From: Balanoglossus misakiensis
Taxonomy: Eukaryota > Animalia > Hemichordata
DNA length: 64,000 bases
Direction of reading: 5' to 3'
Assembly: GCA_040954595.2 (NCBI GenBank)
Contig: CM082596.2
Coordinates: 2,904,656 to 2,968,655, forward strand
The notes under the pieces were generated by a model. The model searched no databases. It was not told where the DNA came from and saw nothing but the letters and a program-made list of their open reading frames with translations. Made by a program: the position numbers and the translations under genes. Within the stretch, counting starts at the first letter, position 1; each line of letters starts with the position of its first letter. Shown piece after piece: positions 1-14,854 of the stretch.

Positions 1-3000
1 TGTTTCTTTGATCATGGTTTTGTTTGTACCATACCCAGCGGAGTGGTTTTAGAAATACAGTACAACTTTAAACAGCTGTGACACTGTCCCTGTAATTGGG
101 TCACCACAGTCGGTCCATGTTTCTATTCTTGTTTGTCAAGCTGCCTTTACTAATTCAGATTATCCGATCACAGAATATATATCCTGAAAGAAATATGCAA
201 GCATTCACACTTTATATACGCAGCCAGCCTCAAATTAATTCTGTCTACTTTGTAATGAACATACATCTGTTAAGGTTTATTGCACCAAATGATTACATCT
301 ACTGGTCTAGTGACGATAATTAATAAAAGTCAGTTAATTAGGAAATAAAAATGTGTAAATTAAATATTAATTTTTGGAAAGGGTTGCTGAAAATTTTCAA
401 AGTGGTGGTTTCTTAATCACCATTGCAAGGCACTCAAGCTAACCTTACCAGCAATTTACTCGACATAAAGTCAACCCAGTTTTTCAAGTGTAAAGCTTTT
501 TGAAAGATGTTTGTCGTATTGAAACACACAAAAATCTATTCCCAACCATATCGTGTTTCATTGGAACACAAAAGTGTCTGTATGTAGGAATACGCTGGAG
601 TTTTACACTCTTGATTTTCGATGGCCTGGTTATCCACACCATTCACTTATTTTTGTCGGCCGATCATGGTACTTTGCAAACGAATTTGCCACCCAGTTCA
701 GGTGTCGTCTGATCGAGGGACGTTGTTCCAATGAGAATTCAGCAACTGAAAGAGGGCTGTGTGTTTCCGTATGAGGCTATCAAGGAGAGCCCCCCTCGAG
801 CAGCGGTCATGCATCAACCAGCACTTGCCCGTACACTTCTACTCATGAAGATGATGTAGTGGTTTCTGAATAAGGGGACAGTTTGCCTGAAGGATAAGCT
901 TCTCGTTTGTCACCCCAGTTTCACTTAATGAAGTTAGTACCTTGTATTCTTGCTGCTTGTGGTCAAGTGAAAATAATTGTTCCTTCCATAGAATAAGCAA
1001 AATTATAATACTACTGCATGCTGTATTCTATACAGTAGTGTTACAATACATCTCTGTATTTATACAGTACATACAATCCATTTCTGTATTCATACAGTAC
1101 ATACAATACAGTTCTACATGTATGTACAGTGCATGGGGTCCCAATACAGCTGAAATGTTCATATACAGATTTAATGGAGGAAGATAATAATGGTGTTTTA
1201 CACAAAATATGGCAACTCATGCTTCATACACAAAGTATTGTATAAGCATATGGCTTTATCTGCTGCACAACTCACAGATCCCTGGCCATATTTTGTGAAT
1301 AACTTCACATGAATTAACTTCATCAAATGTATGTTATACCAATTGGAGCTTATGAGGTCACTTAACATCTTTCATCTGTAAATGTCCACATGTCCATCTT
1401 CTCCATGTTTCCTGCAAGGCAAGATGGAAAGAGGAATTTCACCAAGGAAATGTGATCCTGTCCTCTCTTGTAGCCACATAGTTGTAATCAATAACAGTCG
1501 TATAATTAATTAATCATATCACTATTGATGTAACTTGCTGTCAAAGAGACTGCATTATTTTGAAATAGACTCTTCAACCATTCGCGATCGCTAGAATCAA
1601 GTTGGCTATTCCGCGGTTGAAATGACATCAGTTCGCTGCTAATAAATCCTGATGGGGGGAATTTATTGTTGTCGTATCATGCCAATTATTGTTCATACTG
1701 TGATACAATGAGTGGCTGGCTTTATGTCGTCTTGGTAACCTCAGTGTAGTTTCATTTCTTGATGTGCCTGACAGAGTATTTTTTGTCCGCTCGTCATGCA
1801 GCCATTTGCTTATAAATTATTTAAGATTATGAAGAGGCAGAAAGAGTCATTTAATTGCTCAGGGGTTTGTGAGCAATAGAAAAACAATTAAAGACAAACC
1901 ATGAATAGCAAACAAATAAAATAATATATCAACAATAATAGGCTGGTTCTGATTTTGTTATCCTCGGCATAGTATTTAAAGGCGTTAATCTTTCAAATAT
2001 TCTTTTTGATTCGGCAAATTCCTCGGGCCAATGAAATCAATCCAGTGGAATTATGGAATCAGAATGTTGTACTGCAGAATTCTCTAAACATGCCCAACAC
2101 AATGTGACCGCGAAAGTCATTGCCAGTGGAACTGAATAATTCATTGATGATATTGTATGGTATGTCAAGAAAAAGCCCCCACCAGAGTTAAGAGAATAAT
2201 AAGCAAGGCAAGAACAGTCAGATATGTTCACGAGGAAGTGGAAATGTCATGAATGCTTCGCATGCACAAAGACTACATGCGTATGGTGCCTGATGCAGTC
2301 TCCACCCTCTGTGCTGGATATATTGGCATAAGGGAAACAAAGAATTGGAATTTTTTATTCTGGTTTAACAGCCGCATGGGCGGAGCCACTTCACTGCACT
2401 CATTATGTCGCCATGGTGATGCTAAGTGCCCGAGGGGTATGCACACTGACTTGCTAAGGTTTGGAGTTATGCTGCCCTCGTGTGTGCAAGGAAAGGAGAA
2501 CCATTGGGTTGTCAGATAAGTTGCGAATGTTCAGGTCCCCAGAAATGAAATCTGAGCTCTTATGTATGTGTGAAGTATGTGAACTGTGGTTTATGTAAAT
2601 TTTCTCCCATTTCTTCTGAGGAATGGGTTTAACTGTACAATCGAAGTACTATAGTAACAGGCCAAGTTGTTGTTGTGTAAGTGTGGAGATGGGTTGTTTA
2701 AAAAGGCTGCATATGGTTTGAGCACTTTGGGGTTTTATCCAGTATTCGTAGATACTGCTTTTATTTTCTCCTCTGATGGAACATCTTCCAATCCACACCT
2801 CTGTGCAAGCTTGGCTGGCCTGGCACTCTCCGTGGTATCCATGGGCAACAAGATGTTTTGAGGAAGCACAGGAGATGAGAGGCTGAAAGAGTGATAATTT
2901 CAAGGTACATGTAAACAGTTGTCTAAAATAAGCAACAGTTTACCTGGGAATTAGACAAGGAAAGGTGTTGAGTTTTCAGTTACACCGTGTGAGGCATGGC

Positions 3001-6000
3001 AGATTTTTCTCAGTGTAGTAAATGGGGATAATTTTGTAAGTGATACGGTCTAATGTAAATCTTTAATGTAAACTGTATACCTGGGTATTCTGTTGGAATA
3101 CTAATAAATGTTTTCTGAACGAATTAACCCGCCATCACCAGGGATAATAATGAATGTGATAGTATGTGGTCGGTAATATGAGAAACATTATCCAAGCCAC
3201 CTGGTGCTGTAATACCAACAATAGTACGAGATTAGGTCCAATAAAATTCATGTCCTTGAACCTCTATATACACCACTGTCAGTAATTTTAAACCAGGAAT
3301 ATGGCTGATAGACTTTTGGAATGTGAATGGAGTCAAGTGGCTTCGTTTCACCTTGCTGTAATTGTGCTTGTTATTTTTAGTGTTCATTGACAGCAAGGAT
3401 AATTACAAATGGTCGATTAAGTGGAGATGTTGAACACATTTTTGCTGGTGTTCAGTTTCATTTTATCAAGTTGCTTATTTGTTAGATTTTTAGGTTACCA
3501 GCTTGGATGATTTGGCACCCAGCCATAAGGAGGACACTTCAGTCACTCAGCCACATGTACTTGAACATGTCCTCTGTATTGGGACTTATTCACTCTTGTG
3601 CTGACAAGATGATAGCTAAACGTCACTGTGCTATGTAGCCTAATCTAGCCTATTCCACTGTTTATATATCTGTATGCTAATTAAATACAATGAGGTGCTA
3701 AATTGGCTAACCCAGTCTGGCCTTGGGTCAGCCCAGAGCTAACCCAGTCTGATCTGTACTGTACAGATGACTGACAATTACATGTAATTGTAAATGAAAA
3801 GAAAAGCACCAGTTCTATACACGTGTGTGTACCAGGTCAAAGACACTGACAAGTGATATGTGTGTATAATTTGCGAGTGTATAAAAAGGTGGTGTTTGTT
3901 CACAGTTGTTGCGTGTACACCCGTTCTGAATGACTACACTGGTGATTTGTTGGCAGACTTGAATTATAGACTGATTTATTGCCGGCCTTTGCGCTCTGCA
4001 ACAGCAAATTTGCCCTCAGACGATGACACTGAAGACACATGGCTCTGTTCTACTCTCAGGCAGAGATTGTCTGTGGTCAATTTATTGAGCACGGGCATTT
4101 AAATGTTATGCTTTGTAAGATTTCTTCACATTGTGTGGTAACAACCAGAGTCAGGTCCCTCCTTTATCGAATTAATTCAAGTCAATATTAACATAGCCTT
4201 CACATGGGGACTGTACATTTACTTTGTCGCAGCTGTAATGTAGCCAAAGTTGGGACTATAGTTGCCTGAGGGTTTTTCCATTCGTACTGGAATATTTTTA
4301 TGATAAACTTGGAATTAACATTGTCAATGTGTTTTGTATAAGCTCTTGTCACTTTTTTCTCGCTCTTCACCTGGAGAAGATGCGTCCCTTGTTATCTGCA
4401 TCCAGAACGCAGAGATGGATGGCTGGCTGCTGTGTGTTCAGTGGTTTTATCTGTCTACTCAACTTTCTGAAGACAAAAAATTAGGCATTTATACAACAGG
4501 GAAGAAAAGGAGAGAGATTAGGACTTGAAATATATAAATGTCATACATGTATTAAAAGTTAAAAAGCAGGAAAGCCATTCAGTTATCATATCCCCTAAAG
4601 AGAACAGGTGATCTCCTGAGCACACAACTCAGCTGTCTTGATAAAAATCTGACTCAAAAGCGAGCGCTTTTACAACTAGGGTTAATACTATGTCTTGGCT
4701 GTCTTTTGTGGCAAATCAGTACCCTTGATTGAGTTCACAGTTTGTACATATGAAGCATTTATTCAGGTGAAGGCTATTAGTTGGCCCTTCCAACCGGTTT
4801 TTCACATGCAGGAAAAAAACTCAGTGTGGAGTGCTGTCTGGCATTTGACCTACAAGTCTGTGACAATTAAATAATAACATGAGAGGAAGAGTTATTTAGC
4901 ACACGGCTCATTTTGTACCATTGATGCTTCACAAGGGACTCCGTTGAATTAAAATGACAGTATATAGAGAGAATATCCTTATTGAAATGACATGATTACT
5001 GATGTCAGTTTCAATATGATTAGTAAACCCCAGCAAACATCTGAATTTCCCAAACTCATATTTATTATTCATTATAAGCTATCTAAATTTACACCACAAA
5101 GCAGTAAAATTTATATCGTGATGTATGAATTTTTTTCCTGGATCGCGGAATACATTTGGATGATAGCTTAATACGATTTCAGTATTTGCCTTCCAATTGA
5201 AATATGATCTGCAGTTACACAGTTAAAAACAATATGCTGTCATGATATCGCCAGTGAAAATAATTGTGGCAGCTTAGAGTCTTCTGTTGCTTTCTTCCAT
5301 ATGTCCTCCGTGTAATTCTATCTCTCCAGTGGGAGTCTGAATAAAATCAAATGGATATTGAATATTACAAATTGGAAGATGTTTTCACAAATTGGTGCAC
5401 CAATTCAACAGGAAGAAAGGCTTGAGTGAGATCAATTCAATTTCAGCTAGACAAGTGGAAATATGAAATGATCATGTTCCAATCTGTGTGCCTCTGTTTG
5501 ATGCCACTTACAAAAAGAAAAGAATTATTAATACCTGTTTTAGCTAGCTAACTCGATGTTTGCAATCTATGCCCTAAATCTGATATTTTTCTATTCTAAA
5601 CCAGCCATAAGATTCAGTTACAATCTGGTCCTTCTGTCTAATAATTTGTCTTCATCCCAACTCCCAAAGCAAGTTTTATACAGTGATACTCCTGAAGGGG
5701 AATAACTGCCTGTCAGAATTTCCTGAAATTGAATGCCAGCGACAATATTTAATTAATTTATGAGATTTATATTCTGACATGTTAAACGCTACCACTGCAT
5801 TAGCCCTTTCCGTCCTCACAAGTAAAATGTCAATGCTTACTCATGTTTGGGATGTACTGCTTAATCCAACCTGTTCAAAGACAGTCTCAAGACAAATTTG
5901 CTGTAGATTCAAGAATGAGACAGACTGCTCTGCAGTTCCTTGATAACGGTTCTCTTTAATGTACCCTGTCTGATGAAAGTGTCCTGCTTGATTTAATGAA

Positions 6001-7027
6001 TATTGCCACAGAATAGCTCTGGACATGTTATCAGGCTCACCACTGACCCATCACTGTTATTTATAGTCAGCAAATGTCCCTTTGATAGCCATACACATTT
6101 GCATCGGCAAGACCCGTGGAAAATGTCGCTGATGACTTGGCAAAGTCTGGATTAAACTAGTATAAGAACAAATCCCAAGCATATAATAAAGAGCTCTTCA
6201 ATAAATAAAGAAAGGTTGATCATACAGAGTAATCTGGATTGCTTATTTTGGTCCTGATGCATGGTCACAAAATAGCCCAGGAATACATATAAGAAGACTT
6301 TTGTGTTCATTGTGGTGTTTTCAATAACCTACTGGATATTCACGTCAGGTTTTGTGTGTGTCATAAATTTGGGGATTTCGGGTGCAAGATTACAATGTTG
6401 TCAAACTCCAGCAAATGAAATTTCTATGACCCCTTGGTTAATGTTGCTCTGTTTCTTGGTGAAAAAACTGGATATTTTTTAGGGTCGAAAATGATTTCAA
6501 AGGTTGTAAACTGTATCATACCAATGAGTTGTTGATGTAATTCAAGGGTTATCAATCACAAGTTGAATCCGTTTTCGAGACTTCTCCTCATCCATCACAA
6601 TATGATAACCAATAGGTAACTGCATTTTGATGAGTATTATGCTAAAGACTTATTTGTAGGGTACTAGTATTCTAGTTGCCCTGATCTTGTCAAAAATGAG
6701 AAATTAAACGACCAATAAATAATTCCTGTTTTATTTTATGTCTGTATAGTTTGTTAACTGTTGTGTGTGATTAATGGCTGCTGTCGTTTCCCAGTTAACA
6801 TTTCACCTTTCGCAAGGTTTTGGTGGTGAACAGCGCCCCCATGGCCTTATTAATGTAATAGTGTTGCATCATGGGAGAGAAACTACTGATCATAGGATTA
6901 GTTTGATGTTAAATTCCAGATACAGACTCGCCTGGCTGGATGATAGTTTTACTGTATGCTGAAAAAAGAAATCACTGAAGTGAAATAAATACTTAATTTT
7001 TTTGTTTCTTTCTTTTTCATTTCACAG

Positions 7028-8080
<1,053 letters not shown>

Positions 8081-8241
8081 AAATAGTACTACAATAGTTC
8101 TCTAAAAGCAAAAACCTTTAAAATATTTGTAGAATTTGTCATTCTGGTAATCGGGATTTACTTTCTCTCTCTCTGGTAACTAGTCTACTCCATTACGACA
8201 GCTTTTAGTTTATTTTTCTGATGAGAATTTTGTGCAGTGGT

Positions 8242-8405
8242 CAGGGCTTGAACACTAAGTCTCTCCATACTCATTGCCAGTAAGTTAGGTGAACTTTTCA
8301 ATGGCATTCACTTGCGAACCCATGCACTGGAAAGTTCATCACAAGATTCTGCATAGACAGTCCACCTATGTGTGTGACAAAAGGTGCAGTTTTTTTCAAG
8401 CCCTG
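8242..8405. mobile_element. Short hAT-like MITE relic
   Basis: 11-bp terminal inverted repeat CAGGGCTTGAA...TTCAAGCCCTG. No clean 8-bp TSD is visible. Confidence 0.45.
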
Positions 8406-8522
8406 CAGCCAGTACCAAAGTGCAATTTTTAAAGAAAACAACTGAGATTTTTGCCTCTGAAAATGAAAGAAGCTGAAACATTTACTTCTCCTTTTGCCCA
8501 TTTGTGTCTGAAAGCTGTGGCT

Positions 8523-8615
8523 TTAACCCTTTCACCACCATGGTCCAGTCCAAACCCATTGTTTTCTATGGTAAGGTTGGACTTCTATCGAGGGAACTAG
8601 GGGTGAAAGGGTTAA
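8523..8615. mobile_element. piggyBac-like miniature element (85 bp) with TTAA target duplication
   Basis: TTAA-CCCTTTCACC...GGTGAAAGGG-TTAA. A related 5'-truncated copy lies at 56546-56621. Confidence 0.75.
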
Positions 8616-10907
8616 CACTATGGCTGCAAGGGATAGCTGATTTCCAGGGAAAAGTTGCACAAACAGCTGTCAGTGCTGTTTTCCCCGGAAAACAGGTTTC
8701 AGAGAACACAAAGGAGCCAGTCGGCATGTGAATCAGATTCAGTTGTCTGATGCATCTGAATCTCCATGTGATATTCTCTGCAATCTGATTCATATGCCAG
8801 CCCTGTTTTGCATGCAATAACCTGAGGTCAGCTGAAGATTGTGGCAAAACCAGACTAATTATCCAGAGAGACAGTTTGCACAGTGATCACAGAGAATGAC
8901 AATGCATAGTATATAATAGATTTATATGTTCCTATGCCTTAGTATATTACCCTGTACAGTGTTTAGATGACCTTGCATTGAATGTGATATCCACCTCAAA
9001 AAAATCCTTTATGTTTTGTACATATCTGGTCTGTGTGGTATTTTGCCTGTAGAAAAGTCTCCACATCCAGACTGGAAGGTTCCAGTTCTGGACCACATGC
9101 CAAACTCCATGCTGTCTTCAGCTAAGTCAAGGCATGCTGTCTGACCAGCTGATCAGACCTGTATACACGTGTGATCTGTCCTCTGAGGGAACTCGCACAC
9201 TGATTGTTTGTATAAATGTTAAAATCTCTGATGAGGATTCTGTGAAGACTAGTGAATGCTGAACAGTAACATGTGAAACATCGACGTCTACTATAGGCTT
9301 TGTTGTTCCAGTGGTGTGGGACCATTATTGGCCTATAAGTGTTTCATGTCTGTAAAGTCAGAAATAACTAACCAAAATGGAATAGAAAATATCACTTGCA
9401 CATACTGTATTATTTCATCAGAAACCACCAATAGAAGATGACTTTATATGTGTGAACAGACTGCTAGGGTCAGTTCGTCAGCTGTGATGTGCCTTTTCAT
9501 TGGTTACTCACTGTCATGTGATATTCAAAGTACAAAACTATTATTTAAATAGGTACAACATCATTTCGAAACCCACCCATTTGGGGTGGATTTATCTTCT
9601 CTGTGTGGTCTGGTCTGGATATTGTGTGCGCACAAGGAAAAGCGAGGACATGGCTGTAAGCTGTGTGACATTATGCCCTCTAAAGGTCCAAACTAGACAG
9701 GTCACCAATATATTTATTTTGAATTCAGAATTTCGCACGGCTTCTGTCAGTGTGTTAACTTTTGAAAACAGTTTTCGTGGTCAAGCTTTACCACTGTGGC
9801 AGATTTTTGTAGGCCTTCAGCCCTAATGTGGGCACTTTGGTTTCACGACCTAAAATCAAATTTTTCGGTGCCAGAGCTCTGTACCTAGTGGTAAAAATCT
9901 TAATTGAAAAACTTACAAAGGAAATGTTGTACCCACTTTGTGCATGAACAGGTTTTGAATTCCTCATAAAGCATGTGCCACAGGGCATCGAATAATACAC
10001 ACACAGACTTTATTGTCAGGCTAAAGTGTGAACATCGCCTTGTAGTCAAGAAAACTCTATTTTAATTCTCTTTGCATCTTTGAAAGAGACACTATAGCTG
10101 CCACCCAAGTCTTGATGTCACTCTATATTTATATACAAACTGTTAGACCACGTGTAGAAGCCTTTAAAATTTTCATGTTGACCTGTCAGCTATATTATTG
10201 ACTTTATGGTATTAACCCGTGTGAATATGTAATTGATTTATAGACTTTCCAGTGGTTATATTGACCTCTTGTAGTTCAATATAATAGTCTTCAGAATGTT
10301 TTAATAGAATGTTTTGACTTTTCAATATCTAGATGTGTACATTTCAAGTAATATTTTTTTTTTTGAATTCCAAATAACTTATGTTATTGAATTGACAGAT
10401 GTCATGAAAAGAAGGATTTCTTTTTAATTGATTATGTCATATTGACTTGTATCTGGAGGTGTTTATGGCTATTAGCGAGCCTCTTAGAGTTTTAAATCGA
10501 TCCTGTGTTTATCATTCTCATACGGTTTAGTTTTAAGTGTTTTTTTGGGGGTGGGGTGGGGGCTTGCTAAATTTGAACTGTTGCCTAGGTAATGAACTTG
10601 ACAGCTGAAATATTGACCAAGGTGCTGTTCGTTATTAACTCTATTTGTCTGTTTTTTTCTGCCGTAAGTCTACAGAACTAGATTTGTGGATTTTATCCTC
10701 CATTATTTCACTAAAAATGATCCTTCTCCCAGCTAATTCAAAAAGGCAGTTCATGAAATTACTGCAACATTTTTCGCTGGCGACATTCTTTTCTGAAAAT
10801 TTATGTGAACTTTAGTAATAATTACACTGTGTAATACTTGTGGATGGTATGCCCTCTGTGATGGTTGACATAGAAACACCAGTGATCGCCTAGATACACT
10901 GAGGCAT

Positions 10908-10936
10908 ATTGGGCGGGAGTCGGTTGTCATGGCAAC
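10908..10936. promoter_or_regulatory. RFX X-box with adjacent CCAAT and GC box
   Basis: Near-palindromic GTTGTCATGGCAAC at 10923-10936, preceded by ATTGG (reverse CCAAT) overlapping GGGCGGG. Confidence 0.45.
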
Positions 10937-12321
10937 ATCTTGCATGTGCAAAATGTGAAGGTCTGTTGCGGTGCTGTTAGTTACCATTGTGTGAGTGGCC
11001 TGACGTTCCTTTGAATGAATTACCACACGAACCACTGCTCTCTACCCACCTGTTAAACCACTCTCTCAGATTTGAGCATTGCAGTCGCAATTCTGGACAT
11101 CTCGGAATTCCCATTCATGTGATGTGTATCTGTGTGTACATATTGACAAATATTCATAGAACTTACCTGAAAACTTAACCCAAGCTGTTAAACTATTTGA
11201 TAGTGAAAAGTAATCTTCATTTGTAGCAGAAATGTGTTTTCACTGAAAGCAAGTGAGTGCCAGAAATCATTTCAGTCCCTTGCAATACATTTTGTGTATG
11301 AAATCTTGTAAATGTTGCTGTGCTAACCACTTTCAGTAGTGTTTCTTTTCAAAATGTGGGAATGAGAAAAAAACTTAATTTGTGTGTTACTGCCATTGAA
11401 AAAGGGGGTTTTGTCATTTATTTACAGAAAACGATCCAACTCAGTTTTTTTTAGTACATGTACATCCTTTTGCATGTGTGAGACTTCCCCTTACTTTGAA
11501 TAGGAACATTCCATGTTGTAGAGCAAATAGGGGTGATAGGGCACTATGTTTGAGTGGTGTACTTTTGTTGTGGTGTTGGAATACTTTACCATAACACAAT
11601 GCCCCAGTCAACATAGTCATAAAACTGTATTTATGGTAAATTGGAAACGATCACACAAACATTGGTCATAAAGATGTCAGTTTGTTTTTCTTCCTTTAAT
11701 GTGAAAGTGAATGGATATGGGCCACCACTGAAAACTCTGGAAAAATGCCACTGGATGCATCCTTTGTGCAATAATACATGCATACTTCTAAAGAGAAATG
11801 CCAAACTTGAACAGTGAGTTGGAGATCTTTTACGAAACGGGGGTACCACTTCTGGCAAACAAAGCAATCATATGCTTGAACGGATTCTGTCGCAAATTAC
11901 CCATATATAATCACGATATGACAAATTCACTTTGGTAATAGTGTGTGACTTTGCAGCAAACCATGCTGAGTTATTGCAGTAATTCTGTGATTGCTGGGTT
12001 TTGTAAAATGGTTCCTTTGATCTGTGTAAATGACACTTTGAAATGACAATTTGATTTGCCAATGGTGTTGCATTATAACTTTCCCCGACAAAGAAACATG
12101 GTAATGTGACAAGCACAACTTTACCAGAAGAGAACACTGTCATCTTAGACATTTCAGATTTACCATTGTGATAAGTTTTACTTCATGGAAGGCATATTGT
12201 AAATTTTGTATTTTGTGAAGTATTTTGTTTGAATTCCTTTGTAATGATAGGTACGTATACCTGCCACCTCCTTCCACTCTCTTGTATTTTATTAAGAAAA
12301 AAATATAGAAAAATATTCTGT

Positions 12322-12327
12322 AATAAA
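12322..12327 (+). terminator. Candidate distal poly(A) signal of UBE2E (would imply a ~4.2-kb 3' UTR)
   Basis: AATAAA at the end of a long T/G-rich UTR-like tract, just before the sequence becomes CpG-rich. Confidence 0.35.
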
Positions 12328-13297
12328 ACTTTTTTCCAGAATGTACCTAAACACATTAATTTTGTTGGCCCCTCTATAAATAAACTGATTATGGATGGGC
12401 AAAAACTATGAAAGAGCTACCCAAAACAGTGCGCTTGTTATTGGGAGTAGCGCCCTCAATGTTCAAGTCTCATTGTACTTCCGTTTCGTACAGATATCCT
12501 GTGCATGACGTCATAAAAAGGATGGTTGAATTTTTTACCAAAAAATTGCTACGTTTTTGCAAATTGAAGCAATTAAATATCACCATCAGTTTACGTACTG
12601 TGATTTTGTTCATTAAAAAAAAATCGCTAATAAACGCGAGTTTTCCTGGTTTCCCAGGACACATTAGCTCATTACGTCATACGGTACGTTAATTCATTTC
12701 CGGTTGTAAATATAGCAGACGACATTACGTGAAGTTCGTACTGGGACGCGCACCAAACGTTGTACAAGTATTTGGAAGCTTAACTTTCGCCAAACTACGG
12801 AATTTATGTGAAGTTTGAGTTATCAGTGCGGTGGAAAAAGTTATGAGTTTATTTTTCGTGTGTGCCTATTGTGGAATTTCTACGCGCGTAACTCTCTAGG
12901 ATACCTTGGTTACAGAGGCGAAGACGTGACGTACACTGGACGTACACACGTCTTCCGAAGAGGAATGTTATTGTGCCCGAGGAATGTGTAATGTTTTGCA
13001 AGACAGTAACAATTACAACAACGTTCATGCATACCTTCAAGAAAATTAAGAGCCATATCGGTAAGTCATATTTTATTTTTTGGCGCTGCATGGCACACTT
13101 ATATTTTAGCTGTGCTGGGGGGTCTTCTGTAATGGATGTATTACTCACTACTTCGTTACCATGGTTACGGCAACTGTTACGAAGGCATGCGTCATGCGTT
13201 ACTCCTCCCCCTTTCAGTAGACTTTTGGTGTGGAACGTAAACCTCTGCCTCGCGAGAATCGGTTGACTAGGACTATTAAACACATCAGCCCGTGTAA

Positions 13298-14099
13298 GGC
13301 TGCATTCACAAACACCTCTGGAGGGGGGGGCGGGAGAATTGAGGGGGGGGATTTGAAAAAATTGAGGGTATGTAAGGGGGGGGATTTGAAATAATTTAGG
13401 GACTGAAAGGGGGGGACTTGAAAACTTTAACGACTAAATATTTATTTTGAGTCCACAAAAATGCAGTTTCGCGCCCTTTATTTTACAAAATTTTCTAATG
13501 TGGGAGGGGGACACCCCCTCCCACACCCACCCCCTCCATTTATCAACACCTTTCAATCATTGACTGGTTTATCTAGTGTCCCAGGTCAAGGGACTTGCCC
13601 CACCCCATGATAACTTTGAGCGGCGACGGTTAAATTTGTCCTCCCCAACATACCGGTAGTTGAGTTAATTTGCTTTTGCCGGGTTCATTAAAATGCAGCT
13701 TTGAGCTCTGTATTTTAGAAAATTTTCTTACGTGGGAGGGGGACACCCCCTCCCAAACCCACCCCCTTCAATTCTCGCTTTACAATGTCTCCCAACACAG
13801 AATACAAATATATGTACTTAAAAAATAAAAACAATGTTCAGTTTTAATACCCACTGATGAGGGGAAACATCAGTTTCAATTTCTTTTCATGGTAGCACTG
13901 TTTTTCTTTTTACAAGATAGATAGGTGATGTGTTTTGCTCTGTGAAAGAAAATGGGGGGGGGGGATTTCAAAATTTTGGCAGTTCGGAAGGGGGGGATTT
14001 CAAAATATTGGCAGTTCGGAAGGGGGGCATGTGAAAATTAGCGGTAAAAAAAATTGAATTCTCCCGCCCCCCCCTCCAGAGGTGTTTGTGAATGCAGCC
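13298..14099. mobile_element. PIF/Harbinger (Tourist-like) non-autonomous element, 802 bp
   Basis: Perfect 43-bp TIRs (GGCTGCATTCACAAACACCTCTGGAGGGGGGGGCGGGAGAATT at 13298-13340, reverse complement at 14057-14099). TAA TSD on both sides (13295-13297, 14100-14102). Contains G-rich subterminal repeats and an internal ~75-bp duplicated module; no transposase ORF. Confidence 0.9.
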
Positions 14100-14854
14100 T
14101 AAACACGTGTTTTTAACCAAGAACCCACGCACTGTTAATGTTTGCCTCGCGAAATGCACACCGCCCCCAGCGACCGGAAACTGAACATTGCGCGAAACAC
14201 AGTGTCAATAAGGACATTGCATGTATGACAATTAAAGGAAATGTACAGTAAAATTGGAGATATTTTATTAAGGAATGATGTAAAAAGATTCACCTACTGC
14301 AGCTTTATTGGTGAGTGTGGAAAGCGCTATTACAAACTGAAGTTAGTCAATAACTGAAATAATAAAGTATTGGGAAGCTTTTGCAACAAAAATCAAGTTT
14401 TCTCAAGCTGTCCACCAGCACAATAATAAACAGCATATACCACACAAAATAAGTACTAGTAGCACAAAGTTTCTAGTGTTGGAGGGGCGCCTTACAGATA
14501 TAGAGCGTCCCCAACAGTTCAGCTTGTATCACTTAGTGATAGTATTCTCCGCGGATATCTTGGCCTGTCCTCCAATGTGCATGATGGACTGTCATGCATT
14601 TCTGTGCGGTAATTGTATCCAAAATGTGAAGAAGTCCCAAGCCAGAAACTAACAGTCCAGTAATATACTTGCACGGAGACACGTTGAGCCACCAGATATG
14701 CAACACAGAATTTGATTGAAGTTGGTAACCCTCCACACCTCTATTATTGTGAATTTAGTACAGCCTTGTATACTTCTATAATGGTCCAGTCCACGCTAAC
14801 AGGCAAAGAGGGGTGTGCTCAGCACACAAAGTGGATGGGTTAGCAGTTAAAAAG

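Noticed and set aside
1045-1110. Two-copy ~30-bp tandem duplication, also the GCTAACCCAGTCTG pair at ~3707-3750
   Set aside because: Ordinary local slippage duplications in an intron.
1-7027. Short ORFs in the first 7 kb and a possible upstream UBE2E exon (RIQKELAEITLDPPPNC)
   Set aside because: No recognisable protein similarity, and I could not find the expected exon. Treated as UBE2E intron.
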